In this document: positions 1 to 11,759 of the stretch, piece by piece
Numbering within the stretch: position 1 is the first letter of the stretch
Layout of the letters: each line of letters begins with the position of its first letter
Source of the DNA: Octopus vulgaris
Taxonomy: Eukaryota
Direction of reading: 5' to 3'
DNA length: 64,000 nt
NCBI GenBank assembly: GCA_951406725.2
Contig: OX597815.1
Location: forward strand, 15,066,001 to 15,130,000
The notes under the pieces: generated by a model
Told to the model about the DNA's origin: nothing
What the model saw: the letters and a program-made list of their open reading frames with translations, nothing else
The model's database searches: none
Position numbers and translations under genes: made by a program

Positions 1-600
1 TTTCTCCATTTCTTTTAGAGACACGTTGTCATCTGCTGGTATTGATACATCAATTAGAAAGCATTTTTTTTCTTCGTGATCTCTGACAACTATATCTGGC
101 CTATTGGCCTTAATTCTCTATCTGCGTGTATTGGCATATCCCAGAGTATGGTTGCTTTCTCGTTTTCTGTGACCTTTTCTGGTGTGTGCCTATACCATCT
201 TTTTTCTGTTGTTATTCCATAGTGTTGGCATAGCTTCCAGTGTATATAGGTCCCAACTCTGTCGTGTCTGTGAATATATTCCTTCTTAGCCAGGACTGGG
301 CAGCCAGAGATAATATGATTTATTGTTTCTTGTCCATCTCCACATATTCTGCAGTTACTTGTTATGTTTCTTTTCATTACGTGTTTTTGGTAATTTCTGG
401 TGGGGAGGCTTTGGTCTTGTGCTGCAATTAAAAATCCCTCTGTTTCTGCTTTGAGTCCTGAGCTTCTCAACCATTGCTGGGATTTTTCTTTGTCTATTTC
501 TTTTGCGTTTAGTTTAATCCAGTATTTGCCATGAAGGGGCCTTTTTTGCCATCGTTTTATCATAGTCCGTTGCTGTTCTAGTTTTAGTTATGATTTCATT
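1..600 (-). mobile_element. Non-LTR retrotransposon fragment, R4/Dong-like (C-terminal CCHC knuckle and start of restriction-like endonuclease), 5'-truncated and degenerate
   Basis: ORF 90-563(-) reads AAQDQSLPTRNY...CRICGDGQETINHIISGC...YIHRHDRVG...ILWDMPI. This is the CCHC + RHD + WD layout of RLE-clade LINEs. Confidence 0.8.
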
Positions 601-623
601 TGCTTTATAGCTTTTGTTGTGTT

Positions 624-643
624 TTCTTCTTCTTCTTCTTCTT

Positions 644-674
<31 letters not shown>

Positions 675-691
675 TTATTATTCTTCTTCTT

Positions 692-784
<93 letters not shown>
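624..784. repeat. Compound (TTC)n/(TTA)n microsatellite
   Basis: Read directly from the sequence. Confidence 0.97.
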
Positions 785-786
<2 letters not shown>

Positions 787-1011
787 GGCAGCGAGCTGGC
801 AGAATCGTTAGCACGCTGGGCAAAATGCTTAGCGGTATTTCGCCCGTCACAACGCTCTGAGTTCAAATTCCGCCGCGGTCGACTTTGCCTTTCATTCTTT
901 CGGGGTCGATAAATCAAGTACGAGTGAAATACTGAAGTCGGCGTAATCGACTATTCTCCCTTCCGCAAAATATCAGGTCTTGTGCCTGTAGTAGAAAGGA
1001 TTATTATTATT
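785..1011 (+). mobile_element. tRNA-derived SINE, monomer with TTA-repeat tail (tail-A type)
   Basis: Head aaggcagcgagctggcagaatcgttagcac, B-box gagttcaaattcc, tail ...aaggattattattatt. The same family recurs many times in the window. Confidence 0.85.
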
Positions 1012-1905
1012 ACTTTTGAGTACACGCCATCAAAGTGATGGTGGGTACAAATATACGAAGCCCAATATAAGCTTGATGACTACCCGTCAGATAAGGGTAT
1101 ATTAGGTACATGCAACACAACTATAGATGCATGACATGGTGACCACCTATGGAGAAAAACAACGAATGACTTTGCAGGTGGGGCCCAGTTAGAATTTTCT
1201 TCGGGTCGAAAATCTCATCCCGCTCAAAAGGTCCCCGAATAAGGGTGATGAATGAAACACCCATGTTTCCAAGGGTGATTTTATTCAAACTCCAACAGAA
1301 TCCCTCTCAACACATGGCTATGATGCTTTCCTACTGCTCCTACTCGTCATCCGAGATACACATATCATGAGCCACTAAGGTCAAGCAACTGAAAAAGCAA
1401 ATCTGTGGTAATGAGCAGAATGATGGGCTGTAGCCCAGCTTTTACACCAAGACAACAAAATGTATATGTTAACACTTCCAGTCAGTTAAGATCAGAAGCC
1501 AAGAAAGCCACCGTTTGTTTGTTTTTACATCAGGGCATTTGTTAGCTTTATTTCTTCTGGCTCTTGAAATTTTGAGTACAAATTCCGACGAGATCAACTT
1601 TAACTTTCTTCCTTCCGGATTCGGAAAAAGAAAGAACCAGTCAAGAACTGGGTCAAACCTCTTCCTCTACATAACTTCTGTAGCCTTATGCCTCTATGAA
1701 GAAGACAGCGAGTCCCGCAATCTTTTCTTTGTCGTGTCTCGTCCCATGTAGTGGGTGTTATTGGGGGACTTTGGGGTAAACCAAATACCCAATATGAGGA
1801 GTGCGGCAGGCGGGAAGAGAAGTGATGAATTCTAGCCCGACGTAACCAATGGGTTCTTATCCGTGTGGGGTAGGTTTTAGGGGTAGTCCTAAATGTTTCT
1901 GTATA

Positions 1906-3302
1906 TATCAGGTCATCCCATAAGTTCTGTCCGAATTTTGAATAAGGAAAACAAGTGATCAAATGTTATATTTAATTGAAATTTAATCATCAATGTAATT
2001 TGCCTGCTTATCTGCGACTTCCTTCGATCTATTTACAAGCTTTTTAATCCCATCAATGTAAAACTCTTTCGGTTTCAAAACGAAGAACTCTGAAATGTCA
2101 GTTTCGACCTCCTCCTGGTTTGCAAAAGTTATGTCCCCCAAATGATTCTATAAACTACGAAACAAATCGCAGTCTGAAGGAGCAAGGTCGGGAGAATAAG
2201 GTGGATGAGGAATTTTTTCCGCCGAGATCAACTTTAACTTTCTTCCTTCCGGATTCGGAAAAAGAAAGAACCAGTCAAGAACTGGGTCAAACCTCTTCCT
2301 CTACATAACTTCTGTAGCCTTATGCCTCTATGAAGAAGATCTTCAGTAATGTGATTTTTGCAGTGTGGAGTCGCACATTGTCCTGATGAAACATCACTCC
2401 TTTTCGATTCACTAAAGCGGGTCTCTTTTTCTTCAAAGCTTGGTTCAAACGCTCTAACTGCTGACAGTAGACTTGAGCATTGATTGTTGTATTAGGTGGT
2501 ATCAATTCAAAGTGAATTATTCATTTTCAATACCACCAGATAGAGAGAGGAGCCTTTTTCCCATGAAGTTCCCTTCTCGGTTGTGGTTGAGCTTTTTCCC
2601 TTTTACCAAGCCACTGTTTACGACGTTTAACATTTCAATAGAAGATCCATCTTTCGTCATCAGTCACAAGTCTATCCAAAAAGGTTGAAATGAGTTCGCG
2701 AGAATGGAGAGAAGAGCAAATGCCAACTCGGGATTTGCGGTTGCTTTTAGACAATTCATGAGGCATCCATTTTCCAAGTTTAGGAACCTTTCCAAGTTGT
2801 TGAAGATGACGATGAAGAGTTGTATGGTTTGAACTAAGCTTTATTACCAATTCTTCAACTGATAATGCAGGATTTTCTTCTAGTAATGCTTCAAGGAGCT
2901 TATCATCAAACTCAACTGGACATCCTGTTCGATCTTCATCTTCAAGGCTGAAATCTCCACTTCTGAATTTTGCAAACCATCTTCTGCAAGTTCTTTCATT
3001 CAAGCATTCTTTCCCATAAACTGAGTGTATATCTCAAGTCGCTTCGACTGTAGAGTTTCCTTTTTTGTACTCATAAAGCATTCTGTGCCTCAAATGCTCT
3101 TTGGATACTTCCATGTTAGAAAGGGTTTTAATCAAGGAAATTTTAATTCTATTATACTGTAAAATAATATTTAATTAGTTTAAATGTACACAAAGGCGTA
3201 AAAATAATTCTTAATTCCAATAGACATTCTAAAATACTACTAAATTTCATCCAATTTAAAAAAAAAGGTAAAATCGGACAGAACTTATGGGATGACCTGA
3301 TA
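1906..3302 (-). mobile_element. Full-length but inactivated mariner (Tc1/mariner) DNA transposon
   Basis: Perfect 29-bp terminal inverted match including the TA: tatcaggtcatcccataagttctgtccga (1906-1934) and 3274-3302. Transposase fragments on (-): RRWFAKFRSGDFSLEDEDRTG, GKWMPHELS, VTDDERWIFY, FHQDNVRLHTA, PHPPYSPDLAPSD. Confidence 0.95.
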
Positions 3303-3306
3303 CTTC

Positions 3307-3505
3307 TTAACCTTTTGCATCTCTCTTGTGTATCACGTGACACACACGACGTCTTTCGCTGGTGCCCATGTATCACATATATACCACACACATTCCCAAA
3401 TACTTTTTTTTACATCCATCAGAGTCTGAAACAAGATCTTACTACAAGTTTGAAAACACTTCTAACAAACTTAAGAAAAATACTTTGACTGAGTAAAAGG
3501 GTTAA
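3307..3505. mobile_element. Possible piggyBac-type MITE
   Basis: TTAA-ccttttg ... aaaaggg-TTAA ends. The TIR is short and imperfect. Confidence 0.4.
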
Positions 3506-3536
3506 AAAACATATCTTGTTTCACTTATGTTTATCT

Positions 3537-3755
3537 TATTTTTTTATTTTTTATTTATTTTTTTTATTTTTTATTTATTTTATTTTATTTATTTATTTAT
3601 TTTTTCATTTATTTATTTATTTATTTTTTATTTTATTTATTTTTTTATTTATTTATTTATTTTTTATTTTATTTATTTATTTTTTATTTTATTTATTTTT
3701 TTATTTATTTATTTATTTTTTTATTTTATTTATTTTTTTATTTATTTATTTATTT
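3537..3755. repeat. (TTTA)n-rich simple repeat
   Basis: Read directly from the sequence. Confidence 0.95.
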
Positions 3756-4172
3756 AACATTTGCCTGTATGTTTATGCAATTTTTAAAGTGTCTTCCCTG
3801 TCCCTTCACGCACCCTTTCGTTTTCATATAGATTTATCTTATTCGTCTTCATATATTTTTATGACACCACCGCCAACCCGCCAAGTTTTAAGCTTTCAAA
3901 TTTTGAATCTACGTATGAATGAAGTTGAAAAATAATGGCATTCAGTGGCTAAATAAAGAACAGACTGTTTATATATTCATTTATTTATTTATTTATTTAT
4001 TTATTTGGTGAAAAACGAGTAAATAGAATTTAGTTAACAGATTTTCTACGTATTATTCTGTATTTCAAACTCTGCTCAGCAAAAACAATGCTTGAAGTGT
4101 GTGAAGTAAGAAAAAGACTTACTGTTAAATACAAACTGCCTCTTAGTACAGAGTGGAACTACACACACACCA

Positions 4173-4244
4173 CTGTCTCTCTTTATCTCTCTCTCTCTCT
4201 TTATTTCTCTATCTATCTATTAGCTCTCTGTCTCTCTGTCTCTC

Positions 4245-4311
<67 letters not shown>

Positions 4312-4355
4312 TTATTTCTCTATCTATCTATTAGCTCTCTGTCTCTCTGTCTCTC

Positions 4356-4392
<37 letters not shown>

Positions 4393-4434
4393 TTATTTCT
4401 CTATCTATCTATTAGCTCTCTGTCTCTCTCTCTC

Positions 4435-4471
<37 letters not shown>

Positions 4472-4515
4472 TTATTTCTCTATCTATCTATTAGCTCTCT
4501 GTCTCTCTGTCTCTC

Positions 4516-4552
<37 letters not shown>

Positions 4553-4596
4553 TTATTTCTCTATCTATCTATCAGCTCTCTGTCTCTCTGTCTCTC

Positions 4597-4633
<37 letters not shown>

Positions 4634-4663
4634 TTATTTCTCTATCTATCTATTAGCTCTCTG

Positions 4664-4712
<49 letters not shown>
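4173..4712. repeat. Minisatellite (~80-bp unit) built from CT/CTGT/CTAT microsatellites
   Basis: The landmark ttatttctctatctatcta recurs at ~4201, 4312, 4393, 4472, 4553 and 4634. Confidence 0.9.
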
Positions 4713-5103
4713 TCTTCCAAGGATGTTACTTAAAGCTGACACAGCTAGCAGCACGTAATCTGAGTTGATGCTTACATAGAGCATCGTTGAACTTGTCTCA
4801 TGTACTCACATACACGAGCACTCCGCACAAAAACATACACTACACATTTTCCTCCTTCCCTCCCTCCTTCCCTTCTTCTCTCTTTCTTTCTTACTTTCTT
4901 CCTCTCTCTCTCTCTCTCTCTCTCACCGTCTGTCTTTCTGTCTGTCTCTTTCTACATACGCGGCCGCAATCACACATGTATACAAAACACATTCACATAC
5001 GTACGTGTGTAATGGGTGTACAAATGCTATAAGATACAAGACATTACATTCCGGAAACTACCAATACCATCCCCCCACAGCTCTCCCCTCAAAAGGCATT
5101 TCC

Positions 5104-5193
<90 letters not shown>

Positions 5194-5410
5194 CATGGAT
5201 GAAGAAACGGTATTTTTGAAGATTAAGTAGGAAAAGGTTCAGAGAGGGAAAGGAGAAAATGGCAGAAGTTATTTGCGTACGAAGTTCAAAAAGTTCAGAT
5301 GCGCGTGCGCAAACATAAACAGACGCGCGCACAGACACACGATAGTTAAGTAAATAATATTATTTGCGCGGGAACTGCAAGCATATGCATTTTACTGGTA
5401 TTGTGTAAAT

Positions 5411-7339
5411 ATGGCAGGAGAACTTCTGGTTATATTAATTGCCATTTCTGTAGACTTTAGCCAGGCAGGAATAACAAATGATTCGTTTGGAAGACACAGT
5501 TTTGAAAATGATAAGAATTTCGATGAGCCAACATTAAGAGAAAAGAGTACCGGGGGAGAAATATTGAACACCATTGAGACTACGATGTATGGAGGGAATC
5601 ACCCAGGAGGAGACATTGACGAAGAAAATATTCGTAGCAGCATTGAAGGAGAACAGAATAAAATGGAAATAGCATCAGGCGAATCAGCAATAGTTCCAGA
5701 ATATACCAAATATATGAACGAAGGCAGTGGAGATCAATACTCGAATCAGTCCTACACAGTTTTCCAAGATAAATCTTTACAAATTAGTTTACAACCATTT
5801 GATGGATCGGTGAGCATTAATTACACTTTTCTGAAAGAGAAACCAGAGCTTATTCAGTGCCATGTAATTAGCAGACGAAACGAACGATTCATTGAAACTT
5901 TAATGAGTTTAATCAACTGTGGACATTTCCCGGAAATACCAAACGGAAAATTTGTTTTTGCACTCGGTCATTCTCCGGATGATATTATTTCAAGAGTTTT
6001 ATGTGACCGCTATTATATTCGTGTAGGAGAGGCTAACGGTGATCTTCGCTGTCGGAAAGGAGTTTGGTACCATAACGCCACATGTGAAATTGTGAAATGT
6101 TTAAGAAAACTCCAAGTGCCCTCCAATGGTCGGAAAGTATCGAAAACTGGGAATACAGTCAATTCTACGATAACGTTTTCTTGTCAGTATGGTTACAAGT
6201 TGTTTGGAAACAAAACCTTGGTGTGTGGAGAAGATGGAAACTGGATGGGTACGTTCCCTTCTTGTCAATTAGTGAAATGTCCCAAACCTCAGCTGCCAGA
6301 TCATGGATTTATTGAAAAAGATAAACAGGAAACCGTTTTCAATACGACACTTGTCTATCGATGTAGGGAAGGATATAGTCTTGTCGGTTCATCGCATATC
6401 ACGTGTCAAGCTGACGGAAAGTGGAACAGAGAGTTTCCTGTTTGTAAACAAGTTTGCTTGATTCCAGATATAAAAGGACTAACGAAGCCGTTGTGGTTAT
6501 TACCAACCTTTAAAGCATTGAATACTTCAGCGGAGATATCTTATGGACAGCAAATAATTTACTCCTGCAAAAAACGTTTCAAAAATGCCTTTGAAGGAGC
6601 TATTACATGCATTAATGGAATTTGGGTCCCAGCTATATTTTGCATCAGGTCTTCTGCATGTGTGGAACCGAAAACACCAAAGCATGCAATAATTGTCTAT
6701 CAAATTGGTAGGGCCTTTGTACAGTATGATTGCAAGAAAGGCTATCAAATATCGAACACAGATCTCCGAATTTGTTCTCGCAGACGCACATGGTCTCATC
6801 CAGTTCCAGAATGCGTGAAATCTTGTGAGCTTCCTAAAATCTTTGGAATGAAAGATGCAGAATTCGACTTCAAATACAATAAGACTAAAACTAGGTCTTT
6901 ATATGAAATTTTCCTGACGTATTCCTGTAAAAACGATTTCAGAAAACCAAAAGAAATTCAACCTAAATGTCTTAATGCAACTTGGAATCCATTGCCACGG
7001 TGTGTTCCGGCTAATGTTAGACTCAGCTATACGTTTGGTGAAACCATCGGAGTTGCAGAAATCTTCAGTGATGGCACTTGGGGAGGTGTCTGCGATCATT
7101 TTTACGTTGGTGTTGGCAGATGGGGTAAATCCGAATCAAAAGTATTTTGCCGAATGCTAGGTTTCAAAAACGGCCAAAAGTTAAGATCCTACAGTTCTTC
7201 AGGAGTTCGAGCCAAATTCATGGGTATTGCGTGTTCTGGCGATGAAGAAAGCATCCTACAGTGCCGAACTAAACAAGCAAATGTGTTTTGTACAGACTTA
7301 GTGGTCGTTTCATGTCGGGGATATATTTTCCCTGAATAA
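5411..7339 (+). CDS. Secreted multi-Sushi (6x CCP/SCR) plus C-terminal group-A SRCR domain protein, 642 aa, uninterrupted ORF
   Basis: Hydrophobic N-terminus MAGELLVILIAISVDFSQA. Six C..P...C..(G/Y)...C....W.....C modules, e.g. CPKPQLPDHG...YRCREGYSLVGSSHITCQADGKWNREFPVC. SRCR motif VRL...GVAEIFSDGTWGGVCD...W...ESKVFCRMLGF...CSGDEESILQC...C...VVSC with 6 Cys. No transmembrane segment. Confidence 0.93.
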   Translation: MAGELLVILIAISVDFSQAGITNDSFGRHSFENDKNFDEPTLREKSTGGEILNTIETTMYGGNHPGGDIDEENIRSSIEGEQNKMEIASGESAIVPEYTKYMNEGSGDQYSNQSYTVFQDKSLQISLQPFDGSVSINYTFLKEKPELIQCHVISRRNERFIETLMSLINCGHFPEIPNGKFVFALGHSPDDIISRVLCDRYYIRVGEANGDLRCRKGVWYHNATCEIVKCLRKLQVPSNGRKVSKTGNTVNSTITFSCQYGYKLFGNKTLVCGEDGNWMGTFPSCQLVKCPKPQLPDHGFIEKDKQETVFNTTLVYRCREGYSLVGSSHITCQADGKWNREFPVCKQVCLIPDIKGLTKPLWLLPTFKALNTSAEISYGQQIIYSCKKRFKNAFEGAITCINGIWVPAIFCIRSSACVEPKTPKHAIIVYQIGRAFVQYDCKKGYQISNTDLRICSRRRTWSHPVPECVKSCELPKIFGMKDAEFDFKYNKTKTRSLYEIFLTYSCKNDFRKPKEIQPKCLNATWNPLPRCVPANVRLSYTFGETIGVAEIFSDGTWGGVCDHFYVGVGRWGKSESKVFCRMLGFKNGQKLRSYSSSGVRAKFMGIACSGDEESILQCRTKQANVFCTDLVVVSCRGYIFPE

Positions 7340-7572
7340 CTTTTTAAAGAAACATTTAGTTCTGATGAAAAGTCTTAATTAATGTTCCACTTGCAGGAAT
7401 GAAAATATTTCCTCCAAAATCTCCGTTTCGCTCTCATTACACAGGTATATCTTCTTTCATATTAAATTTTATTCTTATTTCTGAGTTACTGTTATTTCCA
7501 TGATTATAACGATCCCTTTGAGACTAAGTGCAGACTGTTAGCTTCATTAAAGGTCGTATAACTTGTAAATGC

Positions 7573-7578
7573 AATAAA
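7573..7578 (+). promoter_or_regulatory. Candidate polyadenylation signal for the CCP-SRCR gene
   Basis: AATAAA about 235 nt after the stop codon. ATTAAA variants also occur slightly upstream. Confidence 0.4.
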
Positions 7579-8615
7579 TCTAAAGCTTTCTTAACGGATC
7601 CTTACAACATAATGTGAATGTCTGCTAGAAATCGAAACCGAATTTCAGAATCAGCTTGCTAGGATTTTATATATTTTTCTACACTATCTTTGTCCAGTTA
7701 CGTATATTTACGATGTTTATTTATGAGTGACATTGATATAATATCCGATTAAAATTCTTGCAGTATTTAGTTATGGTTCTCTAAGACATGTGTTCTGTCT
7801 CTGTCGGACTCCACATGGCCTTATACTCATTCCGGCTTCTATAAAGCATATGACAAGGATATACAATCCACCACACTAATTCCACACAAATGTTACACTG
7901 TATCGACGAATAAGAATTATATTGATCACAGAAAGAGCGATGAGGTATTACCGAACTGTCGGACTTTCGACTTAATATGCTAGCGTATGCTGAAGCTAAA
8001 TGTATGATAGGAGTCGATACGAAATGCATTATAAAATGGGCAAGTCTGAATATGTTATATTGTGACGAAATTAATATGAATAATTCTGTTATCAGCTGAC
8101 ATAAATAAACGTATTATCACTTTTAGTTTCATTCTTCTAAGTTCGGAGTTCAAATTGCGTTAGAATCGTATTTGCCTTCCATTACCCATCTGTGTGGTGT
8201 GTATAGGACCAGTACAACCATTGCTTTCAAAACAGATGACACACCTTCGACGAATCTTATACAGGTGCTATGGAGCCATGGTGCCATGGTGCCATGGTGC
8301 CGTGGTGCAGGTGGTTAAATTCTTGAGCAATAGTATATACAGGGCCAGTTTCGAATATGATTCACTTACTTCAGAAAGACACGAACAAGACTCGGTCTTC
8401 ATTATTCTCTTCTATATATTTCTGTGATTACGTTTAAATTGAAATTAAAATCAAAATCTAAGGGATCACTGTCAACTTGAACAACAACTGTATAAATTTA
8501 TACAAAAGAGGTCCTCACTCAATTCTCCCTGTAGCACTATTGGTATTTATTCATTCCCGCCCTATCCGACCGGATAAAAGTCGAAGATGCTTTTGTTTAT
8601 TTTCATGTCATTTTT

Positions 8616-9125
8616 ATAATAATAATGAAATTATTGTATACAGTGCTCAGGTGCACCACAACTTGTCGAAAGTGCGTATAAAGCAGGGTTGGGCAAACTA
8701 CGGTCCGCCATAGGCTTTCATGCGGCCCGCCGAGAGGAATATTTCACAAAATTTCCTTTCAATCAATTGTGTGTTTATAGGTCTATAACCGCCTTTAAAA
8801 ATATTTTCACTTGATTTTTATAAATGAGGCCCGCCAAGGTTCCAAAGACGCACTGTGCGGTCCGCGATCAAAAAAGTTCGCCCACCCCTGGTATAAAGCA
8901 TATGCAGTAATGTATAAATGCCTGGAAAGCGAACTGTGTATGAATCAGATACATGCTTGCGTGTGTATGGAGGGGAGGGAGAATATCAGGTGTAGTGTTG
9001 GCGAATCTCAGGAAGCATGGAAGTTTTGAAGGATGCAGTGCTGCGACAACTAACAACTGATGCCGGCAGTTTGTTCCATACTACTTTTAATTGAGCAGAT
9101 CTATAAACGAAAGGCGTTAAACCAT
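8616..9125 (-). mobile_element. 3' end of a CR1/L2-like LINE with (TAT)n tail, interrupted by a MITE
   Basis: The (-) frame ends KVVWNKLPASVVSCRSTASFKTSMLPEIRQHYT* (WN.LP motif), followed by a 3' UTR and a short tandem tail at 8616-8627. Confidence 0.7.
8684..8890. mobile_element. hAT (Charlie-like) MITE, 207 bp
   Basis: TIRs cagggttgggcaaact / agttcgcccacccctg. Perfect 8-bp TSD gtataaag at 8676-8683 and 8891-8898. Confidence 0.92.
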
Positions 9126-9244
9126 TTTTTCTAGCTGGTCGAAATGACGTATGGGTTTTCTGCATTTTGTCGTGATTTGAGGAAGATTTGGCTGCTACTT
9201 CAAGCAAATTCAAATTTACAGCGTTGTCTAAACACACACACACA

Positions 9245-9279
<35 letters not shown>

Positions 9280-9761
9280 GTAAGGGCGGTAACTGTGACC
9301 TTACTATTTCTGTCACTACGCTACAATAAGTTTAAAAGCAATCTTTTTGTGGTCGCGCATTCTACTTGAAATAGCAGCCAAATCCTTAAATTGCACACCA
9401 TCGCCTTTCAAACAAATGAAAGCCACACAGGAAAACGTACTTCTAAAAATATAACGGGAAGATCGCGTTTGGAACGTCTTCGATGAAATGTCTGCCTTAT
9501 CAGGAGTGATTTGTGGCTGAACAGCAGCAATGGCAACAACAATAACAAACAAACAATAAACAAGCAAACGAACAGAGAACAACAACAACAACAACAACAA
9601 CAATGACATATGAACGCTATTATCTTAGTTTATATCCAGTTGAGATATCTCCGAGACTCAAGATGTCTGAGGCAAGAGTCTCGTTTTGTCTCCAGTAATT
9701 CTGTGTTAAAATCCTATTCACACATTTCTTAGTCATTAACAACTGTTAATAAACTGGAGGG

Positions 9762-10168
9762 GTGTGTATGTATGTATGTATGTATGTATGTATGTATGTA
9801 TGTATGTATGTATGTATGTATGTATGTGTGTGTGTATGTATGTATGTATGTATGTATGTATGTATGTATGTATGTATATAGGTATGCATACATGTATGTA
9901 TGTATGTATGTGTGTGTGTATGTATGTATGTATGTATGTATGCATGTGTGTGTGTATGTATGTATGTATGTATGTAGGTATGTAGGTATGCATACATGTA
10001 TGTATGTATGTATGTATGTGTGTGTGTGTATGTATGTATGTATGTATGTAGGTATGCATACATGTATGTATGTATGTATGTGTGTGTGTGTATGTATGTA
10101 TGTATGTATGCATGCATGTATGTGTGTATGCATGTTTGTATGTATGTATGTATGTATGTATGTATGTA
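9762..10168. repeat. (TATG)n microsatellite field
   Basis: Read directly from the sequence. Confidence 0.97.
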
Positions 10169-10289
10169 TTACGGACTCTCCCGGCGTTAGACGACTTATC
10201 AGGGTTCGACAATTTCTGGCTGAACAACCACACCGATGATTTGTTCATAGTGATCAAATGTTTGTGTTCACATAAGTTCACTCCCGCCA

Positions 10290-10457
10290 TCAAATCGACA
10301 TTACCTGTACAGGTGCTCCCGTGTGCCACATGTTACATGACGAAATGATCGCAGAAATGAAGCGCTTTGCTCAAGAACACAACGCAACGCACAGTCTGGG
10401 AATCGAACCCACGATCTCGTAATCGTGAGTGCGACACTCTAACCACTAAGCCATGCA
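10290..10457 (-). mobile_element. tRNA-derived SINE fragment (second family)
   Basis: The (-) strand reads tgcatggcttagtggttagagtgtcgcactcacg...gggttcgattcccagac, with A/B boxes. Confidence 0.7.
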
Positions 10458-11008
10458 CCTTAGTATATATATGCATATGTTTGTGTGTGCGTGTGCGTGT
10501 ATGTGTGTGTGTGTGTATCCATCGAAATTGCAAAGATAATCTGGAACTCTACTGAGGATAGAAAACTCCGAATGATCCGTACTTGTTTTCCTTGTATCAT
10601 CTGTCTGCATATTTTGTTTTCCTTTTTTTATTTCACCTAACTGTCTGGATGTTTTTGCATTCTTGTCCCATTTTTGTATTTCGAGACAGTACTTCATGAT
10701 ACATCTCGGCTGTTTTTCGTTACGCTAGCGCCTGCCATACGAGCACCAACAATTTGATCTCTTTGAAAGTCCGATAGATGTGTCATTTTAATGAATTTTA
10801 ATTACCTTTCTCTGATGATATCTGAAAAGAAACATCAATTTTAGCAAAATATATTAAGTAACACGAATAATAAATAAAAAAAACATGAAAATAAACAAGC
10901 TTTTGGCGGTTTTATAGATATTTCAAATTCACGATGCTATGATACTATGATGCTAGGTGTTTTCATTATTTTGTCCGACCCCTTAATACACACACACACA
11001 GTGAGAGT

Positions 11009-11083
<75 letters not shown>

Positions 11084-11759
11084 CAAACACACGGGTGCGC
11101 ACGCGCAGAGAGACGATCAGGTAAACGAAAGCAGGTAGAACACAATACAAAATTCTCATTTCTTTTTTAATCGAAGAACAGAAAAGTTCCTCAACTCTGT
11201 TATGGTTGACACATTTACATTTGTATTTCGTATTATATTTAAACACTATATGTCTATAATTTCAGTTTGTCTGTTACACATCATAAAAACACAGTTTTAT
11301 TTTCTGCTTTACTCTTAGCTATCTCATAAGATACATCATAATGTTAATGCGCACCGTTTGGGAGTGACTAATATTATTCTTTACAAACAGCGTCAATTTT
11401 CTACACGACTACTTATATTGTATGTCTACAAGCGTTTAATGGGAGATAATTCTTTTAAGATCTTACAAAGTAATCTCCCTTTGTTTTTGTTTTTAGATAC
11501 TCCATTATAAAATTCTTATTTTTATTTTGATACAAAAATTTGTAGGTCCTCATGATTCGTTTTTGTGTTTTTCAGGTTAAATATTTCGATTATATCTTTC
11601 ATTTCATTCCAGAGATAAGTTTTTTTAGAATGGCATAATGGAACATGTTGTGACAAGTAGAATGATTGTAGATTGGCAACTGACTTGATTAAAGATCGCA
11701 TGTTCCAACAAACTTAACAATCAGCGAAGCAAACGAGTGAGCGAAGAAACGAATTAGTA

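Noticed and set aside
7771-7983. 70-codon ATG-less + frame after tatttAG (LWFSKTCVLSLSDSTWPYTHSGF...) downstream of the CCP-SRCR gene
   Set aside because: No recognisable domain, and the upstream ORF already ends with a complete SRCR domain and a stop. The length is compatible with chance, so RNA-seq would be needed.
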